From: an uncultured Verrucomicrobiae bacterium
GTDB taxonomy: Bacteria; Verrucomicrobiota; Verrucomicrobiia; Chthoniobacterales; JAFAMB01
DNA: 64,000 bases
Assembly (NCBI GenBank): GCA_963837955.1
Contig: CAWIPH010000002.1
Span: forward strand, 1,760,001-1,824,000
Reading direction: 5' to 3'
Position numbers and translations under genes: made by a program. Shown in pieces: positions 48,889 through 59,256 of the stretch. Under the pieces are notes generated by a model. That model ran no database searches, was not told the DNA's origin, and saw only the letters and a list, made by a program, of their open reading frames with translations. Within the stretch, counting starts at the first letter, position 1; each line of letters opens with the position of its first letter.

Positions 48889-49593
48889 CTAACCGCTAGC
48901 CCTCTCCTGGCCGTAATAGGCGTCCTTCCCATGTTTACGAAAGAAGTGCTTGTCGAGCAAGGTAGACGAAATCGGTGCAACAGAGGGGTTCAGCTGGAGA
49001 GCCTTGTACGCCATCTCAGCGACGATTTCTAGCGCCAACGCGTTTTCGACTGCTTTCGCTCCATTCGGTCCCCAAACAAAAGGACCATGTCCGGCCAGCA
49101 ACACTGCACAAATCTCTTCTGGATTGAGATGCTGAAAACGCTCAATGATCACGTTCCCGGTCTCCCATTCGTAATTTTGCTTTATCTCCGCTTCGGTCAT
49201 CGGGCGTGTGACCGGTATGTCGCCCCGAAAATAGTCGGCATGCGTGGTACCAAGGCAAGGAATCCCCAGTCCGGCTTGCGCAAATGCCACGGCATTTCGC
49301 GAATGGGTATGAACGATGGAACGAACACTACGAAATGCTTGAAAGAGCCGACGGTGAGTTGGCGCATCCGAGGACGGGCGAAGCGTTCCTTCGACTACTT
49401 TGCCGTCAAAGTCGACAACGGTAATCGCTGCAACCGTTAGCCGAGCGTAATCGATTCCACTGGGTTTGATCGCGAAAACTCCCTCTTCCTGATCAGCTAC
49501 GCTGACGTTCCCAAAAGTCAGATCAATCAATTGATATTTCGGCAAGAGCAGGTTCGCTTCGTAACATTCGGCCTTCAGCTCCTGGTAGTGCAT
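48889..49593 (-). CDS. araD: L-ribulose-5-phosphate 4-epimerase
   Basis: TFGNVS, IKPSG, PSSDAPTH, HTHS, GTTHADYF, HGPF and HGKDAYYGQ. Confidence 0.95.
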   Translation of the reverse strand: MHYQELKAECYEANLLLPKYQLIDLTFGNVSVADQEEGVFAIKPSGIDYARLTVAAITVVDFDGKVVEGTLRPSSDAPTHRRLFQAFRSVRSIVHTHSRNAVAFAQAGLGIPCLGTTHADYFRGDIPVTRPMTEAEIKQNYEWETGNVIIERFQHLNPEEICAVLLAGHGPFVWGPNGAKAVENALALEIVAEMAYKALQLNPSVAPISSTLLDKHFFRKHGKDAYYGQERASG

Positions 49594-49601
49594 GGCATCG
49601 G

Positions 49602-51107
49602 TTAATTTCTGGCCGATAACAGCCCGGTCCGGAACACGTTTTCGCCCGGATAAGGAACTTTATCCGGCAACGGCGTGAATACCTGAGCCATCCCTAGAAG
49701 CTTGAAAGCATCGTAGAGAACTGCTCCGCAATGAGCAAACGCGACGGCAGCGTGGTGATGAAAACGGCCAAGCAGGATATGCCGATAGAACCGGCTAAAT
49801 CCTGGAAGATAAGCGGTCCCGGTGCAGCCAAATGTCTTCGGATCAAGATCCAGAAAGAACCCTTCCATCACATAAGCCTGCAGTTGATCGCCAAAGCCAT
49901 GTACCTGAACAACGGTAATCGGTGATGCATTGAATTGGCCTTCGATGGTCCCCCGGGTGATGTCAGGAGCATTGTTCGGTTCCATCATCCGCTTCATAAT
50001 CACTTGGAACTTCATCTCCGGATTCTTCAAAAGCTTGGTTGAAGCGTTGCCGCAATGAAACATGCCGACCATGTCCTTGATCGGATAATCTTTCAGACTC
50101 TCATGCAGATCCTTCGGAATGCTGTGATTGATGTCGAGAATGCCCACGGTCTCATTCGAGGCGTACTGTCCTAGCAGCTCGGCGACCAAGGAATAGCAAT
50201 CGTTCTCGCAAGCGATAGGAAATCCGCCTTGAGCCATCCGGCCGTTAATGAAGCATGGCACATGGCGGAGGCTAAGTTCCTGCTCAGACCAACATTGTGT
50301 CGCTGCTCCGGACAGCTTCAGTTGATCGCGGAAGTTTCGGATGGCCTTTTCATAGATCGACAGGCGAGAGCCGAACTCCGCATCCGGAATGCTCGGCACT
50401 TCCCGCTTCATATCGGTCTGGATGGCAGCGGTATCCTCACCCTGTGTCCGGATTCGCCGAATCTCGTTTTGTAGATCAAACAACCCAAGCTCTTCCACCT
50501 CGATGCCGATCGAGTTGACCGATGCAATGTTATAGTTGCAGGTCTCAAAGTCTCGTGGTCGCGGCCCGAAGAGACCAACCGTCGCGTTCCGAGCGCCCTT
50601 GACCACCTTCACAATTTTAATGAAATGTTCGATCTCTTTGACTGCTTCTTCCGCGCTGACGACCGGCAATTCCGGAAGGTGGACGCGGTTGGCCAATCCT
50701 CGTTTATTGATCGCCAAGGCGGCGGAAAGCAGCCCACAGAGAGCGTCACCACGCTTCTCTAGCAAGCTCGCGCCCGATTCCTCGGCTGCCGCGATCACCA
50801 TCGTCGGAATGTCCAATTGTTTAATGAAATAAGCGTCTTCGATTTCGGGCGAGAAGTTGCCTAGAAAATAGACGACTGCATCGCATCCAGCCTGCTTGAC
50901 CTGGCGCGCCGCTTCCAACGCGTGTTCTTTCGTTTCGATGATGCGACACTCACCCTGCGGTACAAACAGATCGATTCCGGCTTGCTCACTCTGTTTCAGT
51001 ATCCGGTTCGTGCGCTCTTCCGATAGACTGCGGGGAAAGCAATTTCGGGAGGCAGATATCAGGCCGAGTTTGGTTGTTGGTGAATAGGTTCCGAGTGGAA
51101 GGTACAT
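49602..51107 (-). CDS. L-fucose/L-arabinose isomerase-family protein (FucI-like)
   Basis: SRNCFP, LGNFSPE, RGDALCG, GPRPRDF, QCW, ACEND, FHCGN and HHHAAV; sits between araB and araD. Confidence 0.8.
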   Translation of the reverse strand: MYLPLGTYSPTTKLGLISASRNCFPRSLSEERTNRILKQSEQAGIDLFVPQGECRIIETKEHALEAARQVKQAGCDAVVYFLGNFSPEIEDAYFIKQLDIPTMVIAAAEESGASLLEKRGDALCGLLSAALAINKRGLANRVHLPELPVVSAEEAVKEIEHFIKIVKVVKGARNATVGLFGPRPRDFETCNYNIASVNSIGIEVEELGLFDLQNEIRRIRTQGEDTAAIQTDMKREVPSIPDAEFGSRLSIYEKAIRNFRDQLKLSGAATQCWSEQELSLRHVPCFINGRMAQGGFPIACENDCYSLVAELLGQYASNETVGILDINHSIPKDLHESLKDYPIKDMVGMFHCGNASTKLLKNPEMKFQVIMKRMMEPNNAPDITRGTIEGQFNASPITVVQVHGFGDQLQAYVMEGFFLDLDPKTFGCTGTAYLPGFSRFYRHILLGRFHHHAAVAFAHCGAVLYDAFKLLGMAQVFTPLPDKVPYPGENVFRTGLLSARN

Positions 51108-51257
51108 AGTGTGTTATTTTAGAAATTTGGCTCTTGGGGAAAACTCTTACTTGCTTCAAAAATCTCGCGGGCTGCAGCTCTGGCGAGTCGGTAAACTCTC
51201 AAATCACGGAATGATTTTGCTGCGCTCATTGCCCAATCACTAATCACCAATCACCTC

Positions 51258-52952
51258 TCACGTCGGATCACTCGCGTAGCGAGTCTGCTCCTCCCGAATA
51301 CGAATCAGCTCCTTCATCACTCCGGAGAGGTCGGCATGACGATTCACGCCGCCGAACGCGTCATGGAGCTGACGGTAGAGCCCAAAAAGCTGCGCATACA
51401 CTCTCTGATTTTCCGGGATAGGATCGTATTGCACCGGTTTCAGCGAAACCATCGCCTTCTGGGCTGCGGAGAAGTCGGCGTAGCCGCCTTTTTTTGGACC
51501 CGCTAACACGGCTGCAGAAATGGCGGAGCCGAGCGCACAGGTCTGTTCGGATCCGGCGATGTACATTGTACAACCGGTCACATCCGCATAGATCTGAGTC
51601 AGTAATGCATTCTTTTCGGCCACGCCGCCACAACAGACCACCTTTTCGACCGGCACGCCGTATTCACGGATTCGCTCGATAATCATCCGTGCCCCAAAAG
51701 CGGTAGCCTCGATCAGAGTACGGTAAATCTCAGCGCGGGTGGTGTGAAGCGTTTGACCGACAATTAATCCGCTCAGTCTGGGATCAACCAGGATTGTTCG
51801 GTTACCATTGTTCCAGTCGAGCGCGAGAAGGCCGCTCTCGCCCGGTTTCTGGGCCGATGCTTCCGCTGTCAGAGCGGCATGTAAGCTAGCTTCTCCCTGG
51901 CAGACCACGTCGACCCACCAGTTAAAGATATCACCTACCGCCGATTGCCCGGCTTCAATACCGTAATACCCAGGCAGAATGGCGCCTTTCACGATGCCAC
52001 AGATGCCAGGAATATCTTTCACCTGCTTGTCCAGTTTCACGACACAGCAATCGCAGGTCGAAGTACCGATCACTTTGACCAGCACGCCTTCCTGGACCCC
52101 ACTGGCAATCGCGCCGTAGTGGACATCAAATTCACCTATGGCAATCGGGATGCCTTCGGGTAATCCAAGTTTGTCTGCCCATTCGGCGGAGAGACTCCCT
52201 GCGGCGGTCGTCGCATCCCAGGCATTGTCGTAAAGCCGATCGCGAAGATCGGCCAACTTCGGATCAAGTAGGCCTAAGAAGTCTTTGTCTGGAAGCCCAC
52301 CCCATTCATCGGCGTACAACGCCTTGTGGCCGGCCGCGCAGATTCCTCGTTTGACCAGGAGCGGATCAGTGATTCCGGCTAGTACCGACGGAATGAAGTC
52401 AGCCAACTCTACCCAGCTGTAAGCAGCGTCAAAGACTTCTGGTGTCGACTTGAGACAATGCCAAATCTTGCTCCAGAACCACTCCGACGAGTAGGCATTT
52501 CCACATTTGGCAATAAATTCAGCCCGATGCTTAGCGGCGAGTTCGGTAATTCGCGCTGCTTCCGCGTAGCTCGTATGATCCTTCCAGAGCCAGCATTGAG
52601 CGCCTAGATTTTCCTTCCATTTCGGCGCCATTCCTAGAGGCACGTTTTGCCGATCAACCGGTAACGGGCTCGACCCGGTTGTGTCAACGCCAATTCCGAT
52701 GACATGTTCACCGGAAAACCCGTCGACTGCCGACGCTGCTTCCAGGGCGCCGTGGACCGATTTTTCTAATCCATAAAAATGATCGCCCGGATGTTGTCTG
52801 GCTAAATTTGGATCGCGTGGATCTAGAAGGACGCCGCGCTTGCCACTGGGGTAATCGATAACACAACTGCCGATCTCTCGGCCGTTTGAACAATCCACTA
52901 CGATTGCTCGAACAGAGTTTGTTCCGAAGTCGATTCCGAGCGTGAATGCCAT
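51258..52952 (-). CDS. araB: Ribulokinase (FGGY family)
   Basis: GIDFGTNSVR, GVDTTGSSP, LWKDHT, YSSEWFWSK, CAAGHKA, EAGQSAVGD and DWNNGNRT. Confidence 0.93.
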   Translation of the reverse strand: MAFTLGIDFGTNSVRAIVVDCSNGREIGSCVIDYPSGKRGVLLDPRDPNLARQHPGDHFYGLEKSVHGALEAASAVDGFSGEHVIGIGVDTTGSSPLPVDRQNVPLGMAPKWKENLGAQCWLWKDHTSYAEAARITELAAKHRAEFIAKCGNAYSSEWFWSKIWHCLKSTPEVFDAAYSWVELADFIPSVLAGITDPLLVKRGICAAGHKALYADEWGGLPDKDFLGLLDPKLADLRDRLYDNAWDATTAAGSLSAEWADKLGLPEGIPIAIGEFDVHYGAIASGVQEGVLVKVIGTSTCDCCVVKLDKQVKDIPGICGIVKGAILPGYYGIEAGQSAVGDIFNWWVDVVCQGEASLHAALTAEASAQKPGESGLLALDWNNGNRTILVDPRLSGLIVGQTLHTTRAEIYRTLIEATAFGARMIIERIREYGVPVEKVVCCGGVAEKNALLTQIYADVTGCTMYIAGSEQTCALGSAISAAVLAGPKKGGYADFSAAQKAMVSLKPVQYDPIPENQRVYAQLFGLYRQLHDAFGGVNRHADLSGVMKELIRIREEQTRYASDPT

Positions 52953-53263
52953 ATTTTTCAGGTATCTAAATTAATCTTGAGCCAGACCGGTTGGCGATGA
53001 GCAAATTCAGCTTTGCTGGAAAACCACGATCGGCCGGCCGGCACTTGTTCTGGGGTGTTAACGCTTGTCCGATCTAGCGGCCGGACTCTTCCCAGATACA
53101 CCGAGATTAACTGAGCGGTCAAAGGGATTAAGGAGCCGCTGATCGCTAATCGGCGATCACCGGCTAGCGCTGGCCGATCACCCAGCTGACCGGAGTCGTA
53201 AGCCGGCCTGCAGCGCACCATCGCAATTTTTTTCGGGTCCGATGTACGGTCAACTGCCAGCTT

Positions 53264-53677
53264 CTATCTGCCGACTACAGACAAAATAGCTTCCAAAAGC
53301 TGATTGGGACTGAACGGTTTTGAAAGCTGCGTTTGGAAACCGGCTGTCTGAGAGCGTCGGCGTTCGGAATATTCTACTAGGGCGGTCATTGCGATCACTG
53401 GCACGAACCGTCTGTCGCTGGCTTCCAGAGCTCGGATGTCGTTTAGTAAATCAAAGCCGTCGCGTCCTCGCATGACCAGATCGCTAAGAACCAAATCAGG
53501 ACGGTGATCTTTGACTGCTTCCAGTCCTTCAAATCCATTCGATGCGGAGATGACCTTGGCTCCTTCATGTCGCAAAAACGCAGCGATCAGAGCACGAGCG
53601 TCTGGATGGTCTTCCACGACAACGATTGTGAGATTCTGTAAGACCTTAGTTGGCATAAAGCCAGGCATGAGTCGCAA
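53264..53677 (-). CDS. Stand-alone response regulator receiver
   Basis: VVEDH, PDLVLSDLVM..DG, IAMTA and KPF. The start may be about 53669. Confidence 0.88.
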   Translation of the reverse strand: MRLMPGFMPTKVLQNLTIVVVEDHPDARALIAAFLRHEGAKVISASNGFEGLEAVKDHRPDLVLSDLVMRGRDGFDLLNDIRALEASDRRFVPVIAMTALVEYSERRRSQTAGFQTQLSKPFSPNQLLEAILSVVGR

Positions 53678-53975
53678 AACGCCTTCTAATAGGATTCGAT
53701 CGAATTGACCTGGTTGGATTCGAAGACTTACCTAGCGTCTGGCATTTTCTTCGGGATTGGCCTCCAAAAATAGCCTTGCTTGGAGCTAAATCGGCGCGCT
53801 CCGATCGACAAGGAGAATGAGGCCGGCGCCAGCGAGTACGCCGGCCTCTGGGCTTCTGTGCCTGAGCGTCCATCGGTAGTTCGCGACGGATCGTTCGGCC
53901 GGATGCGAAAATGGGAATGATCACGGGCACCTGGAGAATCGGAAACAGACGCCGCTATCGTGATTGTTCTTATTG

Positions 53976-54143
53976 CTATACTACCGGAGGTCTGCCTCGA
54001 AAGATGAAGGAGAGGATAAACAAGACCAAAAAGATGACGAACAGGACGTGGGCGATCCACGCGGCTTCCCCAGCAACACCGCTGAGCCCAAAGAGTTCAG
54101 CGATGACAGCGATTACAATGAAAATAATTGTCCAGCGTAACAT
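53976..54143 (-). CDS. DUF1328 (YtjA-like) small membrane protein
   Basis: MLRWTIIFIVIAVIAELFGLSGVAGEAAWIAHVLFVIFLVLF. Confidence 0.88.
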   Translation of the reverse strand: MLRWTIIFIVIAVIAELFGLSGVAGEAAWIAHVLFVIFLVLFILSFIFRGRPPVV

Positions 54144-54326
54144 AGGTAAGTTCCTTTCCTGTAGTTCGCGGTGGGGTGGGGATGCGGATCCCTCTCTTTG
54201 GATGACAGCTAAGAGTTCATGATCATCGGCCATAGCCCTCAAACGGTTATAGCCCGCGAAGGGCATTCGCGCTCGTTCTTGCAATTGGAGCAAGATGGCC
54301 GGAAAGGTGAGCGCGCCAAGCATTCT

Positions 54327-54728
54327 ATGCTACCACTCAGAGTGTTCCTGCTTGAGAACCACGAAGACACCGTCAGATATATCAAGATGTACCTGGAACG
54401 CTTGGGTCACGAGGTTCTGGTGGCGGGGGAAATGGAAACGGCGCTTCGCGAAATTCCCGGATCGGGGTGCGATGTCTTGATCAGCGATATCGGATTGCCT
54501 GATGGCGACGGTTGGCAGCTCATGGAAAAGCTGGGTTCCCGCCGCCCGGCTTTTGCCATAGCGATCAGTGGATATGGCACCGGTAATGATAAGCGCAAAA
54601 GTCATGCCGCAGGATATGGTTACCATTTGGTGAAGCCGTTTGTACCAGACGCGTTGCTCACACTTCTAGCCAAGGCTGCCGATCTCAAAGAGAAAGGTAG
54701 TGCACCAGTGATTGAGGCGGACACCTGA
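54327..54728 (+). CDS. Stand-alone response regulator receiver
   Basis: LLENH, DVLISDIGLPDGDG, AISGYG and HLVKPF. Confidence 0.88.
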   Translation: MLPLRVFLLENHEDTVRYIKMYLERLGHEVLVAGEMETALREIPGSGCDVLISDIGLPDGDGWQLMEKLGSRRPAFAIAISGYGTGNDKRKSHAAGYGYHLVKPFVPDALLTLLAKAADLKEKGSAPVIEADT

Positions 54729-54755
54729 AACATGGAAGATTAGAAGGACATTTCG

Positions 54756-55397
54756 ATGGGGCATAGTTCCTCTCAATCTCTGGACGCCCAAAATAAGTCC
54801 GATCCCGTTTGCGCATTGTTAGAGGAGATCGGGTTGCCGGCCGTCCGAATCGAGTGGAGTACGGCTGAGGTTGTTAGTTTTAACGCCTTATTTTCGTCAG
54901 TGGTCGATACGGCTGCCCTTCCTGATTACCGGCTCTGGTTCGTCGAAGGGGTGTTGCGGTATTTGATACCCGCCGACAAGGCTCGTTGGGAAGCTGCGCT
55001 CGCCAGACGGATCCCCATCGCGACGCATGTCAGATTGAAGTGCTCGGAGGGTCGAACCTTCGATTCGGTGATGCGGGCAGTTCCGTCGCTTGGCCGAGAA
55101 CCGGCTGACCAATCCATCCTCTGTGTTTTTGTTCTGTGTACCGGGCCCTATTTTGAACGTCTCCGTGAAACCTGGATTGCCGAGGGGGAGGAATCAGAGC
55201 GAAGCAAGATACAGGCTGCGCTCCACGAGAATATTGTACAACAGTTACTCGCCGCAGCTTTTGGTTGCAAGGTGATGGCTGAAAAGATCGGTCACTTCGA
55301 CGAGCGCCTCGGAAAAGAGGCTTCGGATTTGGCGGAACTTGCTAACCAAGCTGTTCAGGAGCTCCAGAGTTTGGTTACGCGCCAGCAGGGGACCTAA
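54756..55397 (+). CDS. PAS-like plus HisKA_3-like protein with no ATPase domain
   Basis: ERSKIQAALHENIVQQL resembles the HisKA_3 H-box; the ORF ends about 45 aa later. Confidence 0.6.
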   Translation: MGHSSSQSLDAQNKSDPVCALLEEIGLPAVRIEWSTAEVVSFNALFSSVVDTAALPDYRLWFVEGVLRYLIPADKARWEAALARRIPIATHVRLKCSEGRTFDSVMRAVPSLGREPADQSILCVFVLCTGPYFERLRETWIAEGEESERSKIQAALHENIVQQLLAAAFGCKVMAEKIGHFDERLGKEASDLAELANQAVQELQSLVTRQQGT

Positions 55398-55610
55398 CAG
55401 CTGTTTTGCTGTAGGTTATAGTGGATATAGCGGCTATTAAGTCTCTCCCCGCGTCGGGGTTTTTGGGATGCGCAAATCATGCTGCTGACCCATACTTAAA
55501 TCAGACACTGCCAAGATAAGAGATCGGTTGCCGACGAGTTGCCGGTGAATCGCTGAACAATCCGTAAGAATACGATCATTGAGGTATGCTGATGCGAACC
55601 CAGGCTAGCT

Positions 55611-55796
55611 ATGAACAAACTCCAAATGAAGGGCTCCTGGAACGAAATTAAGGGCAAACTTAAACAGAAATACGGGAATCTTACGGATAACGACCTAGCG
55701 TTTTCGGATGGTAAGGAAGATGAACTGTTAGGGCGACTTCAGAAAAAACTCGGCAAAACTAAGGACGAACTCCGGCAGATGATTGAAAAGCTTTAA
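55611..55796 (+). CDS. CsbD/YjbJ-family stress protein
   Basis: [23 protein letters not shown]...[15 protein letters not shown]. Confidence 0.92.
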   Translation: MNKLQMKGSWNEIKGKLKQKYGNLTDNDLAFSDGKEDELLGRLQKKLGKTKDELRQMIEKL

Positions 55797-56147
55797 GATA
55801 GAGGCGTGGAGCGGCCGCATTCTAAATTTTCCCCAGATAGAAACTATGACGATTGCCTAAAAGGCATGCGAGCGCGCCCGTTGCAGTAGTTGCTCAACGG
55901 GCGCATAAGGCTCGCTGTGCCAGGGTCGCCGTCACCGAGAACATTAAAAACCCGATCCAAGTGAAGACGAAAACGATCTCCGATTATCCGCTCCTGATCG
56001 GAGAGCTACTTCGACGAGCGAAAACGCGTCACCAAAAGAAAATCAGATGGTATCTTCTGATGCGTCGTCTTTATCCCGGAAGAACCTGGCTTGTCCCTCA
56101 TGAATGATCCGCGCGCTCATTTGTGCGCGGACCATCCGGTTGAGTGA

Positions 56148-56336
56148 TCAGCTTCGCCCGCTCGTTTTCTGGGCGGGCGAACGACCTTTTTTTGTTTCGC
56201 CAGCCTTGGCGCGCTGTTTGTTCACGATTCGGGCCGCGACTTCTTCCTCTCGCCCTTTGTACCGTCCCTCTTTCTCAAACTTCTTTTCAATCTTTTGATA
56301 TTCGCGTTCTCGCTTTGGGCTTATACCGCGTGGCAT
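56148..56336 (-). CDS. Small basic conserved hypothetical protein
   Basis: MPRGISPKREREY..I......GR....EEVAARIVNKQRAKAGE, a pattern recalled from stress islands. Confidence 0.75.
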   Translation of the reverse strand: MPRGISPKREREYQKIEKKFEKEGRYKGREEEVAARIVNKQRAKAGETKKGRSPAQKTSGRS

Positions 56337-56466
56337 AATAGGGCCTCCAATTCCTATCGCGGGCGGCCGGCGGAGCGGACTTGTCGAGGCACTAATCAAT
56401 CAGCAAGTAATTGCCGATCAAGCTAGGCCGAGCAGGCTCAATGAACCCCGGTTTAGAGTTCGCTGG

Positions 56467-58239
56467 TTACTGATTAATCACCGGTATTTCGACGATGAAT
56501 GTGGCTCCCTTGCCCAAACCCGCACTGGCTCCCGTAATCCGGCCTCCATGAAGTTCGACGATGCTTTTGGAAATCGACAGTCCCAAACCCAAGCCTTCAG
56601 AAACTTCTCCTTGTTCAAAAGGGTCAAACATCCTCGATGCAAGTTCCGGTGAAATACCTTTTCCGGAATCCTGGAATTCGATCCTGAGCAAATCGCTTCG
56701 CAAATTCATCGAGCGAATCGCGATGCGTCCCTCGGGCGGCGTAAACTTTATCGCGTTCTTAAGCAGGTTCCAAAAGACTTGCTGCAGGCGATCGACATCC
56801 GCATGCAAGACATGATTGGTCGCTTGCAGATTGACGGTAACCCGAAGCTGCTTGCTAGCTATGTCAGAAGCGCAGATTGCTAGTACCGTTTGCATTACCT
56901 CGTGTGCATCCGCCTCAGTGAAACTGAGCTGAAGCTTGCCCTTGCTGATTCTGGTGACGTCCAGGAGGTCATCAATGAGTCGAGTCTCAATCGTGGCGTT
57001 TTTCAGAATGACCTGCAAGTGGTTGCGAATCTCTTCTGGCACCGACTGGTCTTGGATGAGGATCGACGTAGAAAACAAAATTGGCGTTAGCGGTGTGCGA
57101 AGCTCATGACTGAGCGTGGCCAAGAAGCGATCCTTTGCCTGGCTGGCCGCTTCGGCCATGTACTGCGCTTCTTGAGCGGAGGCATATAAACGAGCGTGTT
57201 CGATTGCGGTAGAGACCCTCCTGCCCAAATCCTGAGCCAGTGTTATCTCGGCCAGATCGTAATCCCGACTCGGATCGGTGAGAGCAAATGTAATGGCGCC
57301 AAAGATCTCGCTTCGAATGACCAACGGAACCACGATAGCAGAGTGAGTGGAAAGTGCTTTGAGCAAGAAAAAATCTGTCTGCTTGCCATAGAATTTTGCA
57401 GCATTCTCCGAGAATTTAGAAGGATCGCCGAAAATCCTCGTCTGAGCAGTCCGGAGGACTTCAGAGACGAGGTAGCTATCATTAAGTTTGATGGGATAGT
57501 AATTGCTCAACCGCGACCGGAGATCAGCAGGAGCAATGCTTGACTGGCTGAGTGCCGCTAACCGAGCGCTACCGTCTTCTCCCAATCGATCAACGATGCA
57601 GATATCAGCAAGGAATGGTACGGCAGCCTGGACAACACTTTGATAGATCTGCTCCTGGTCGAGGGAAGCAGCCAAGGCTTGGCCGGCTTCGGCCAGAAAC
57701 GAAGCGCGTCTCTCTGCCCTCTCAACTTCTGCCCGGCCAACCTGCTCACGGATGAGACGGGCATGTTGCTCCTCGGCCTGCTTTCGCGTAGTCAAGTCAC
57801 GTGTGATCTTTAAAAACGCCTCGGTAGCGCCACGCTCATTCCGCAGCGCGGTAATCGTAACATTTGCCCAGAAACGAGAACCGTCCTTCCGCACCCTCCA
57901 GTTTTCATCTTCGAATCGACCCTCCTCCCTGACCACCTTTAGTTCGTACTCAGGCCAGCCTTTCGCGATCGATTCCGGGGTATAGAACGTGGAAAAATGC
58001 TTTCCGATTATCTCGTGAGCCTTGTACCCCTTAATCCGCTCCGCTCCTTGGTTCCAGCTAGTGACATTACCCTTAGGATCGAGCAGAAAAATCGCGTAAT
58101 CCCGAACGCCGTCGACAAGTTGACGAAATTGATCGTTGCTCGACCCGAGAGCTCGTCTGACGGATTTGGCGGCCCTCGATTTCCTGGTGCGGTTCGGGGC
58201 GGTCATCTCTGGTTGTCTCGGTTTCTTGTCCGCCGCCAT
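56467..58239 (-). CDS. PAS-GAF sensor histidine kinase
   Basis: PAS (DYAIFLLD..SWNQGAERIKGY..RKDGSRFW), GAF, FLATLSHELRTPL, NLLKNAIKFT and GLGLGL. Confidence 0.95.
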   Translation of the reverse strand: MAADKKPRQPEMTAPNRTRKSRAAKSVRRALGSSNDQFRQLVDGVRDYAIFLLDPKGNVTSWNQGAERIKGYKAHEIIGKHFSTFYTPESIAKGWPEYELKVVREEGRFEDENWRVRKDGSRFWANVTITALRNERGATEAFLKITRDLTTRKQAEEQHARLIREQVGRAEVERAERRASFLAEAGQALAASLDQEQIYQSVVQAAVPFLADICIVDRLGEDGSARLAALSQSSIAPADLRSRLSNYYPIKLNDSYLVSEVLRTAQTRIFGDPSKFSENAAKFYGKQTDFFLLKALSTHSAIVVPLVIRSEIFGAITFALTDPSRDYDLAEITLAQDLGRRVSTAIEHARLYASAQEAQYMAEAASQAKDRFLATLSHELRTPLTPILFSTSILIQDQSVPEEIRNHLQVILKNATIETRLIDDLLDVTRISKGKLQLSFTEADAHEVMQTVLAICASDIASKQLRVTVNLQATNHVLHADVDRLQQVFWNLLKNAIKFTPPEGRIAIRSMNLRSDLLRIEFQDSGKGISPELASRMFDPFEQGEVSEGLGLGLSISKSIVELHGGRITGASAGLGKGATFIVEIPVINQ

Positions 58240-58544
58240 GCCGATCGGCCAAAATTTTTCTACAAAGTGACTTTACCAAACTTTCGCCAATACCAAAGAG
58301 CAAGTTGAGGCCTAGAATGTGACGTTCGTCTGGTCCTCTCCTGATTCCGGCGTCAGAGATTCCCCTTACCTCGAGGATTGGGAGGATTAATCGAAAAGCA
58401 TAGAATTTAGAAGCTCGAATCTAGGAGGGCGGGCAGAAGAGCTGCTATCCCTTGGCGATCCGCGCCAATGGTTCAAGCTCACGATCGGTGTAGTTGTGGG
58501 CGGCCTATGGGAACGACTCGATAGCGCGATTCGTGCCTGAATTA

Positions 58545-58617
58545 TGGGGACTTATAAGTCACATGCGACCCATGGGTCCTACGAAAGTTCCATGCGACCT
58601 ATAAGTCCTACGGGCCC
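58545..58617. repeat. Short degenerate repeat cluster
   Basis: Recurrent ATAAGTC, CATGCGACC and GTCCTACG units. Confidence 0.45.
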
Positions 58618-58653
58618 ACCAATCGCCGAAATACTGGCGACCGTACTCAGGCG

Positions 58654-59154
58654 CTAGGCGCGAAGGGCAACCTGGCTTTCAGCGATGGCGGTAAGCTTCT
58701 TGTCAGCTTCCCCCTCCTCGTTGAGCGTTTGTTGTAGCACCCTGGCAATCTCATCTTCACCAAGTCGGCGGGCTAAGGTGCGAGCGGTGCCGTAACCAGC
58801 CATTTCATAATGCTCCACTCGCTGCGCAGCACCGATCAACCCGGCATCGCGTACATTTGGATCACCTTCTGCTTTGATCATGAGCTCGCCCTCTTTGATC
58901 AGCCCTTTCATGGCCTCACACGTTTCGCCCGAGGCTTTTTCACCGATGCCGGCAAATACGCGTTCGAGCCGAGAAGCATGCTGCTTTGTTTGTTCGAGGT
59001 GATGGTTGAATGCGGATTTCAAATCTGTTGCTTTCGCTGCGTCAGCCATCTTGGGGAGTCCATCGATGAGCTGTTGCTCCGCATTGTACAGGTCACGAAG
59101 CTCTTCCAAGAACAAATCGCGAAGGGAATTCAATTTTAGGGATTTAAGTCTCAT
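58654..59154 (-). CDS. yciF: YciE/YciF (DUF892) ferritin-like stress protein
   Basis: LRDLYNAEQQ, HLEQT..H..RLE, CEAMKGLIKEG and AAQRVEHYEMAGYG. Confidence 0.9.
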   Translation of the reverse strand: MRLKSLKLNSLRDLFLEELRDLYNAEQQLIDGLPKMADAAKATDLKSAFNHHLEQTKQHASRLERVFAGIGEKASGETCEAMKGLIKEGELMIKAEGDPNVRDAGLIGAAQRVEHYEMAGYGTARTLARRLGEDEIARVLQQTLNEEGEADKKLTAIAESQVALRA

Positions 59155-59256
59155 ACGTCCCGTTCGCTGCTGGTTAGGTAAAGGGTTTGCTCACCCACAG
59201 TTTTTGCGGTGGCCACTGCGCAAGACAAACACCGGGCCGGGGGAGCCCGCCTCTCA

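Noticed and set aside
55853..56107. 84-aa plus-strand ORF after CsbD
   Set aside because: No recognisable family and a weak start; a shorter protein from about 55961 cannot be excluded.
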